Positions 57,172 through 64,000 of a DNA stretch of 64,000 nt are shown here, one piece after another. Made by a program: the position numbers and the translations under genes. This DNA is from Candidatus Bathyarchaeota archaeon (GTDB taxonomy: Archaea; Thermoproteota; Bathyarchaeia; Bathyarchaeales; Bathycorpusculaceae). Numbering within the stretch: position 1 is the first letter of the stretch; each line of letters starts with the position of its first letter. The DNA lies in NCBI GenBank assembly GCA_963767735.1, contig CAVYES010000005.1:288001-352000 (forward strand). The letters run 5' to 3'. Below the pieces are notes generated by a model. The model was given only the letters and a program-made list of their open reading frames with translations, was not told the DNA's origin and did no database searches.

Positions 57172-59190
57172 TTAGCTTGCTGGGAGATTTACGGTTTTTT
57201 TGTTTGATGTCATTGCCTTTTTCTCCAAATAGTAAACTGTTCCCGCTAGCATTGCGGCTGCGGCAGCTATTGGGGTCCAGAACCACCATTGCAGCCAGAT
57301 GGCTGTGCTTGTTGGTTGTTCGGCTACGTTGAGGATTCGGATGTTTTCTAGGGTGGTTATTGAGTCATGTCCAAAATAGATGCCTGTGGTTGGTTCTATT
57401 GAGCCGGCTGGGTTTTGTGTTCCGGCGAAGACGGTAACGTTCTGTTCTACTCCGTTGACGTAGATGTGCATGCCTGTTTGGGTGCTGCGAGTAAACACAA
57501 CGTGGTACCACTCATTTAGAGAAATTGGCTGCGTGGTGTCTATTTCGTTGAAGCCTCCCGTGTTGGTTGTTACGTAGCCGCGCAGACCGCCCAAAATCGG
57601 AGAGTTGCTGTTGCTTGGCGCGACACCGTTTACTGCGAGTCCTAGAATCCTTGTTGCAGTGAAGGGGTAGGCTGCGGTTGTAGTTACGAATTCAATAACG
57701 ATATTGTTGTAGGATACGTTTTTGAATTGGTTCACTTTGATCCACGCGTCGATGGTGATGTCGCCGGGAATGGTTAAGCTGGGCGAGGCTGGAACATAGG
57801 CGTATGAAGCTCCTGTAAAGTTTAATGCTTCGCCCTCTTTGCCTTTAACTAACTGGGGCGTATACGTATAGTTAGCGGAGCCAGAAGGTAATCCAAAAGC
57901 CTCCAATTCTGCCGGTGGCAGCAAGTTACCCACGAAACTTAAAACTGCCGGGTTATTTCCCGTCGCGTCGGACGTAACACCGTTGGGTTCCACGCTGCCA
58001 AAACTCCACGACGCAGCAACATGGCTGGAGCCGGTAGTCGGCGGAGTTTCAGCCGCTGGGCAGATGGTGTTTGAGATGTCAAAAGGCGTCATGAGCGGGT
58101 ACTTGTCAGTGTTGTTGGGGCAAATTGAGTAAGGCAGATTCATTATTCCAGAATCACCTATCTCCGATGCGTTCGGGTAAACTGTTGAGTAGTCGCTCCA
58201 ATAGTTTCCTCCCAGAGGGTAACCTTCATCCCAAATTTGGATGTCATAGGGCGTGATAGAATATGCGTTGTGCTGGTTGTTTACGAAGTTGTTGTGAAAT
58301 ATCGTGTTGTTGCTGGATAAGCCAAAGCTTGGAATTGAATAGACGCCGTATTTGTTTTGGGCAATATAGTTTGCCGAGATGACGTTGTTGTCGCCTGTGA
58401 GGTAAATGCCTTCTTCGCTGTTTTCAGATATGTTATTTTTGAAGACTAATGAATAAGTCGCGCTTAATCCGATGCCTATCATGTTTTGGGACAGATTGTT
58501 TCCGGTTATGTTGTCTGAGTAGCCTATGATGGTGATGGCGGAGCCTGCGTTGTTGGTTATGGTGTTGTTTGTGATGATGTTGTTTGAGCCACCGTAGAAT
58601 TCAATTCCGTCAGAATCGCTTCCGTCATTATGATTCCCAGATATACTGTTTTGGCTGATGAAGGCGGAGGACTGAACCGAACAAAAGATTCCTGCCAAAG
58701 TATTCACAATATTATTGCCAGTTATCGCGCAGTTGTCGGCTTCAATCAATACGCCGTAAGCGTAGTTGGCAGAAACCGAATAGTTGACGCTTGTGATGGT
58801 GAAACCTGTAATCTTCACGTCGTCCGCTGCAACCGTGAAAACACTGGCCCCAACAGAGCCGCCTTTTCCAACGACAATGGTGTTTGCGCTGTTTTCGCCC
58901 TGCAGCGTTAATGGCTTGTTAATTATCGGGTTTTCAAAATAGGTTCCGCTTTGAACCAGAATTGTATCGCCTGCCGACGCGTTTCCGATGGCGTCAGTTA
59001 TTGACGGGTAGTCGAGGGGAACGATTAATGTTTTCGTGACTGCCAGAGGGTTAATTGAGACCCCCGCGTTTGGAACAGAAGAGCCAAGAGAAAAGCAAGA
59101 AGACACTACTACGCATTCTGGGAGCACCATCATCATAATTAGAGCTGCAAGAAGAAGAACAGAGACGAACCGTTTTTTGGCGGATTTCAT
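57172..59190 (-). CDS. Surface protein with NosD/CASH beta-helix and LamG-like domain
   Basis: VPLDYPSITDAI, Asn-rich parallel beta-helix repeats, GGNYWSDY, DKYPL, WYHVVFT..IYVNG, C-terminal TM. Confidence 0.85.
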   Translation of the reverse strand: MKSAKKRFVSVLLLAALIMMMVLPECVVVSSCFSLGSSVPNAGVSINPLAVTKTLIVPLDYPSITDAIGNASAGDTILVQSGTYFENPIINKPLTLQGENSANTIVVGKGGSVGASVFTVAADDVKITGFTITSVNYSVSANYAYGVLIEADNCAITGNNIVNTLAGIFCSVQSSAFISQNSISGNHNDGSDSDGIEFYGGSNNIITNNTITNNAGSAITIIGYSDNITGNNLSQNMIGIGLSATYSLVFKNNISENSEEGIYLTGDNNVISANYIAQNKYGVYSIPSFGLSSNNTIFHNNFVNNQHNAYSITPYDIQIWDEGYPLGGNYWSDYSTVYPNASEIGDSGIMNLPYSICPNNTDKYPLMTPFDISNTICPAAETPPTTGSSHVAASWSFGSVEPNGVTSDATGNNPAVLSFVGNLLPPAELEAFGLPSGSANYTYTPQLVKGKEGEALNFTGASYAYVPASPSLTIPGDITIDAWIKVNQFKNVSYNNIVIEFVTTTAAYPFTATRILGLAVNGVAPSNSNSPILGGLRGYVTTNTGGFNEIDTTQPISLNEWYHVVFTRSTQTGMHIYVNGVEQNVTVFAGTQNPAGSIEPTTGIYFGHDSITTLENIRILNVAEQPTSTAIWLQWWFWTPIAAAAAMLAGTVYYLEKKAMTSNKKTVNLPAS

Positions 59191-59391
59191 GAGCTTTCCT
59201 TCTCAAACAAATGATATTGCTATGCACGCGGTATATAGCTCTCCCCAGAGAACAGAATGTTCCGCAAGAAGAACAGCCTTTAGGATGTTTCCCATGGTTT
59301 CATTTTTTTCTTTTGCAAGAAATAGCGGCTACCAAAAGCGATTGATCATTTTTTTCTAGTTTCCCGCTATGAACTTTTTGATGCAGAAAAT

Positions 59392-59856
59392 TTATTTGTC
59401 TTGGCTGTATGCTGGCGTTTTGCCTATTTTCTTAGTTAACGATAATCCCTCTCTAAGGAAAAGAATCGTGGCAATCGCTGTTATTGAAAGACCTAACGCA
59501 AAGAAGACTTTGAACTCGTAGGTTTCAACCGCGTAATGAATTGCTAAAACCACAATCTCGATGATGAAGAGTCCGAGGAAAGAATAGAAGTAGAACATTG
59601 CATTGGGCAAGAGGCGGCGGCCAAGCCAGTGATATCCATTGACCCTCATTTTCTTCTTAAGCAGATATTCGCCATACTTGTTTTTCATCAGTAGTTCTGC
59701 GTCTTCGAGTTTCTGGAGATGACGATAAGCAACGCTTGGACTGCTAAGATGCACACCACGCATCACATCTCTTGGACCAACGGGCTTGCCTTCTTTAGCC
59801 ACAAACAAATACACGCTAAGGGTAGTCCCCTCAAACCCCACGCCGTCGTCCGACAA
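59392..59856 (-). CDS. wHTH + 2-TM membrane-tethered regulator
   Basis: GPRDVMRGVHLSSPSVAYRHLQKL HTH, then two hydrophobic helices. Confidence 0.78.
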   Translation of the reverse strand: MSDDGVGFEGTTLSVYLFVAKEGKPVGPRDVMRGVHLSSPSVAYRHLQKLEDAELLMKNKYGEYLLKKKMRVNGYHWLGRRLLPNAMFYFYSFLGLFIIEIVVLAIHYAVETYEFKVFFALGLSITAIATILFLREGLSLTKKIGKTPAYSQDK

Positions 59857-60008
59857 ACCAAGGTCTCCAGAACAAACCCTTAAACTATCTTACCAAGATT
59901 TCTATTTTTCGCTCAGCTCAGAAACTCGCCTAACTTTAAATACAAGATTTTCAGAAGGTAAGCCCCGCTATTTTTCAAATTCATTGGAAGAATTAATATG
60001 TCTCTGAT

Positions 60009-60863
60009 TTGCCATATGATGCAAAGGTTCAAAACATGGTGGTTTCAGACTCTTTTCTTCTGCATCTTTTTTTGGCGTTTGCTGTTGGAAGCCTTTGGGT
60101 AACCTTAATCACGATCGTTGCGGAAAAGAAAGGAAGCATCATAGGCGGAATCCTCGGCGGTCTCCCCTCAACGTCGGCTTTCTCGTTTTTCTTCATCGGC
60201 ATTAACCAATCTTCAGCCGCCGCAGTTCAAGCAACAACAGTGTTCCCGTTAGCCTTCGGCGTCACAAGCGCTTATCTCTTCTTCTTCGCTTTTTTCGCCC
60301 AGAAAAGCTTCAGCCGCGGAATCTTCGCTTCTCTTCTCCTCTGGTTCGCGTTTTCAGGCTTAATTGTGGCGTCTGGTCTGAAGGATTTTGCATTCTGCTT
60401 AGTCGGGGGAGCGGCGATTTCAGTTTTAACCTATTATTCTTTCACTAAATTGCTAAAACTCCAAAACCTAAAAGGAGAAACCAGAATCTACAGAATCCGT
60501 GACGTTGTTTTGCGTGGAGTCGGCGCGGGATTGCTTGTTTTGGTTTCAGTGCTTTTAAGCCAAATTGGCGGACCCGTGCTAGGCGGCATTGCAGCGGCGT
60601 TTCCAGCCGTTTTCACCTCTACACTTGTAATATTGAACAGGAGCAGAGGAAAAGAATTCTCCCGAGCAGTGACTAAACCCTTAGTTTTGTCGGGTATCCT
60701 CACGATTTACCCCTTCTGCGTAGCCGTGAGATATTTGTATCCGAGCTTAGGAATATGGCTTGGAACCTTCGCTTCCTACGCCCTTGTAGTTCCCTTAGCA
60801 ATTCTATCTTATTACCTGGCGCAACGTTTCTGGAGGCTTAACGTTAAAAAACCTGCCATTTAA
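60009..60863 (+). CDS. DUF3147-like multi-pass membrane protein
   Basis: Internally duplicated GGILGGLP / GGIAAAFP halves. Confidence 0.7.
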   Translation: MPYDAKVQNMVVSDSFLLHLFLAFAVGSLWVTLITIVAEKKGSIIGGILGGLPSTSAFSFFFIGINQSSAAAVQATTVFPLAFGVTSAYLFFFAFFAQKSFSRGIFASLLLWFAFSGLIVASGLKDFAFCLVGGAAISVLTYYSFTKLLKLQNLKGETRIYRIRDVVLRGVGAGLLVLVSVLLSQIGGPVLGGIAAAFPAVFTSTLVILNRSRGKEFSRAVTKPLVLSGILTIYPFCVAVRYLYPSLGIWLGTFASYALVVPLAILSYYLAQRFWRLNVKKPAI

Positions 60864-61013
60864 ACTTGGGCGAAAATGTGAATAAACTTAAGATTGACAA
60901 TCTTCAAAATGTTTAATTAACGCATTAATGGCTTAAGGGTAGTTTGAAATGAGTAACAATTATAGAACAAAAGGTAGGTTCGAGCTACGCGGTTTAGACG
61001 GAAAAGTTGAGGA

Positions 61014-62210
61014 GTGTTTATGAAAGTCAAAGTTTGGAAGTTTGTAGGTCTTCTACTCGTTATTATTTTTGCGTTATCAGCTGCCAACATGGTTCACGCT
61101 GTGGAAGTAACCGCCGTCGTGCCTGTAGGAGCAAATCCCGAAGGGATAGCTTGTGATTCTGGCTTAAATGAGATATTTGTAGCTAATTATGGCTCTAACA
61201 CGGTTTCCGTCATATCAGATAGCAACAACACCGTTGTAGCAACCGTGCCCGTGGGAACTGAACCTACAGGCGTTGCTTATGACTCTGGCAAAGGAGAAAT
61301 CTTCGTTACAAACGATGGGTCGGGTACCGTTTCCGTCATCTCAGACCACAAAAACATCGTTATTGCAAATGTGACTGTTGGAGCCAATCCACTTGGGGTG
61401 GCTTATGATTCTGGTAGGGGCGAAATCTTTGTGGCGAATTGGGGTTCCGACACTGTCTCGGTTATATCTGACAGCAGTAACACCGTGGTGGCAACCGTGC
61501 CCACGGGAACCAATTTTATAGGCCCACTTTCTTTCTCTCCCACAGGCTCGCCTGAACCTATAGGTGTAGCTTACGATTTGGCTAAAGGCGAAATCTATGT
61601 AGTAAATTCTTATCCGCATAGTAGTTTGGGCGGCACAGTCTCAGTCATATCGGACAGCAACAACACCGTCCTCGCAAGCGTACTCGTGGGAGGCGATCCC
61701 TATTATGCAGCTTATGATTTTGGCAAAGGCGAAGTATTCGTAACTAACGATGGGGACGATTTTGTCTCAGTTATCTCAGACAGCACAAACGCCGTTGTTG
61801 CTAATGTAACCTTGCCTAAGGGAGCCTACGGCTCTTGGGGCATAGCATATGATTCTGCCAAAAGCGAGATATTCGTAGTTAACCAGTACGGCGCGGTCTA
61901 CGTCTTATCCGACAGCCCAAACGCTTTTGTGGAGACTGTAAACTTATCTAACTCAACCCTCAACGTAGGAAACACTCACTGCGTAGCCTATGACGCTGCC
62001 AAGAATGATCTGTTCATAACCAATGAGGGCGGCGGCTCGGTCTTAGTCCTATCGGATTCTTCAGGTGCGTCTGCGTCGCCAAGTCCAACTGTGCCAGAGT
62101 TTAGTGGTGCAGGGTTCATTTTAATGGGGGCAGCAGTTGTGGCTATGACCTTGTGCGTGGTGGCATTGGTAAAAAGAAAATCAACCCAAGCTCGCTCAGA
62201 TTTCAAGTAA
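61014..62210 (+). CDS. YVTN/YncE beta-propeller surface protein with PEF-CTERM-like anchor
   Basis: Repeats of AYDSGKGEIFVTN.GS.TVSVISD; VPEFS + TM + KRK. Confidence 0.9.
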   Translation: MFMKVKVWKFVGLLLVIIFALSAANMVHAVEVTAVVPVGANPEGIACDSGLNEIFVANYGSNTVSVISDSNNTVVATVPVGTEPTGVAYDSGKGEIFVTNDGSGTVSVISDHKNIVIANVTVGANPLGVAYDSGRGEIFVANWGSDTVSVISDSSNTVVATVPTGTNFIGPLSFSPTGSPEPIGVAYDLAKGEIYVVNSYPHSSLGGTVSVISDSNNTVLASVLVGGDPYYAAYDFGKGEVFVTNDGDDFVSVISDSTNAVVANVTLPKGAYGSWGIAYDSAKSEIFVVNQYGAVYVLSDSPNAFVETVNLSNSTLNVGNTHCVAYDAAKNDLFITNEGGGSVLVLSDSSGASASPSPTVPEFSGAGFILMGAAVVAMTLCVVALVKRKSTQARSDFK

Positions 62211-62335
62211 AAAACCAAGCTCTGACAATTTACGTTAGTCTTTTAGTTACGTTAAACCTTCTTCCTAAATTGGTGCTCTGTCTCTAGTTTTGGTGTGACC
62301 ATGGTTTGCGCAGAATACAGTGGGAGTACAGCAAC

Positions 62336-62475
62336 TTTTTGTTCAGGCTGTTTTGGGTTGTTTTTTTTAAGCAGAGCTTAAATTGTTTGCAGGTTGAGTC
62401 AACAAAAGTCAACAAACGTCAAAGAAAGTCAATAGACGTCAAAAAAAGTCAAGGAAAGTCAATAAAAGTTAAAGC
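62336..62475 (+). repeat. 62-bp leader + 8 x 10-bp GTCAA array (copy F)
   Basis: Leader ends TTTGCAGGTTGA; GTC at 62398, 62408 ... 62458 and GTT at 62468 in exact register. Confidence 0.92.
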
Positions 62476-62587
62476 TTCAGAAAGGTTAAGCCAACGTTTT
62501 ACAAGTTGGAAAGATCTAAAGTTCATGGTCAACAAGGTACATAGCCTTAACGCACCATAAAAAAATATTTAGAGACAGAGCTCTAAA

Positions 62588-63850
62588 TTGGAGAAAAGTT
62601 ATATGCTGGAGGCTAAACCAATTCTTGTGAAGAATTTAAAGAAAATCTCATCGGTCTCAATTCTTGCATTAATTCTTGTTTTGTCAGCTGGCAACCTGGT
62701 TCATGCTGAAGTAACCTCCACGATACCTCTGGGAACACTTCCTCAAGGGTTGGCTTATGACTCCGCCAAAGGAGAAATTTTTGTAGCCAATCCAGCGGTC
62801 AACGCGGTTTCGGTCATATCGGATTCCACTAACGCTGTCGTTGCAACTATTAATGTGGGGTCCGATCCCAACGAAGTGGCTTATGACTCCGGTAAAGGAG
62901 AAATCTTCGTAACAAATGGCTTGGGCAGCTCGGTTTCAGTCATAGTAGATTCAAATAATACTGTGGTTGCAACGGTGGCGGTGGGAAACTACCCTTCAAC
63001 CATAGCTTATGACTCTGGCAAGGGCGAGATCTTTGTAGCTTGCTCTGGTAACTTGGTCTCGATAATATCGGATTCAAATAACACTGTGGTTGCAACGGTG
63101 GCAGTGGGAAATGACCCACAGGGTATGGTTTATGATTTTGGTAAGGGTGAAATGTTCGTAACTAATGTGGGTGACAACACTGTTTCAGTCATATCCGATA
63201 GCAGTAACGCGGTAGTGGCAACCGTTGACATGGTACCTCAACCTAATTTAGACAGCTCGCTCACCCAAGCATGTTCAGCCGCCTATGACCCCGAAAAAGG
63301 GGAAATCTACGTAGCGATAACCGATTCACAGACGGTCTCAGTCATTTCAGATAGCACTGACGCCGTCATAAAAAATATTTCAGTTACCATACCACAGGAC
63401 ATCATATATGGTTCTGGGACAACCGATCTTTTCGTTTTAAACCGCGGCTCTCCGGATGTTTCTGGGCTTATTTCAGTTATATCGGATAATAGCAATACCG
63501 TGGTTGCAACTGTGGATTTGCAAGGGTTTGCTGGCGAGATAGCTTATGATTCTGGCACAAACGAGATTTTTGTATCAAATGCTAACAATACCACCGTATC
63601 AGTTATACCGCTTTCTTCTATAACGTTCACGTCTCCCAGCCCAACGCCTCCTCCGTCACCAAGCCCAACCACGTCTGCTTCCCCAAGTCCAGCTACGTCT
63701 GTTTCTCCTAGCCCAACTGTACCGGAGTTCAGTAGTGCTGGACTGATTTTAGTGGTGATAGCTGTGGTGACTCTAGCCTTCGCTGCGGTCGCATTGGCAA
63801 CCAAAAAATCAACCCGAACTAATTCTGGTTCAATGCAGAAAACGAAGTAA
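62588..63850 (+). CDS. YVTN/YncE beta-propeller surface protein (paralog) with PEF-CTERM-like anchor
   Basis: Same repeats as 61014-62210; S/P/T linker; VPEFS + TM + KK. Confidence 0.9.
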   Translation: MEKSYMLEAKPILVKNLKKISSVSILALILVLSAGNLVHAEVTSTIPLGTLPQGLAYDSAKGEIFVANPAVNAVSVISDSTNAVVATINVGSDPNEVAYDSGKGEIFVTNGLGSSVSVIVDSNNTVVATVAVGNYPSTIAYDSGKGEIFVACSGNLVSIISDSNNTVVATVAVGNDPQGMVYDFGKGEMFVTNVGDNTVSVISDSSNAVVATVDMVPQPNLDSSLTQACSAAYDPEKGEIYVAITDSQTVSVISDSTDAVIKNISVTIPQDIIYGSGTTDLFVLNRGSPDVSGLISVISDNSNTVVATVDLQGFAGEIAYDSGTNEIFVSNANNTTVSVIPLSSITFTSPSPTPPPSPSPTTSASPSPATSVSPSPTVPEFSSAGLILVVIAVVTLAFAAVALATKKSTRTNSGSMQKTK

Positions 63851-64000
63851 GGCTAAACCTGCTTCAACTGCTATAATCATCGTTGGTGCAGGGGGCTTCC
63901 AACGTTATAACTGGATCTTTAGAAAATAATTATGGTGACTGCCTTCTATTTTTCAGGGCAGCCAGTTCACTTTATGTTGTTTTGGTTTGTGGTATTAGTT

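Noticed and set aside
62306-62560. 84-aa ORF over array F
   Set aside because: Low-complexity translation of a non-coding repeat whose 10-bp period is incompatible with codon structure
63960-64000. TGTTGTTTTGGTTTG resembling the leader middle block
   Set aside because: The upstream TTTTTGWTC block is absent and the window ends before it can be tested
1-64000. Genome-wide TAG recoding
   Set aside because: Conserved genes (xpb, argH, carA) end at TAG at their expected lengths; only one internal TAG was seen in an otherwise open gene

Overview
Archaeal chromosomal DNA, most consistent with Bathyarchaeia. This is inferred from a eukaryote-like topoisomerase IB, Ftr, aRF1, an XPB-Bax1 pair and PEF-CTERM-type surface proteins. 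Core blocks are xpb-bax1, thrC-hom-lysC (lysC frameshifted), argG-argH-carA-carB, the methanogen-type DUF39/NIL-ferredoxin/UPF0280 homocysteine genes, ftr, prf1, topoisomerase IB, sulfite/nitrite reductase-tusA and an ECF transporter. Between them lie accessory patches of small membrane genes, pseudogenes and surface proteins. The most unusual signal is a dispersed non-coding module: a conserved, indel-free 62-bp T/G-rich leader ending in TTTGCAGGTTG(A/C), immediately followed by 6-8 degenerate direct repeats with about 10-bp periodicity. There are six clear copies and one degenerate copy at four loci. At three loci the arrays point into a gene, or gene relic, for a ~92-aa tandem AbrB/SpoVT-like (MraZ-like) protein: intact at 29911-30189, decayed at 53069-53342 and 14468-14562. 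This looks like an undescribed archaeal MraZ-like protein/phased-decamer-array system. No tRNA, rRNA, CRISPR array or transposase was recognised. All family calls come from motif recognition by eye, not from database searches.
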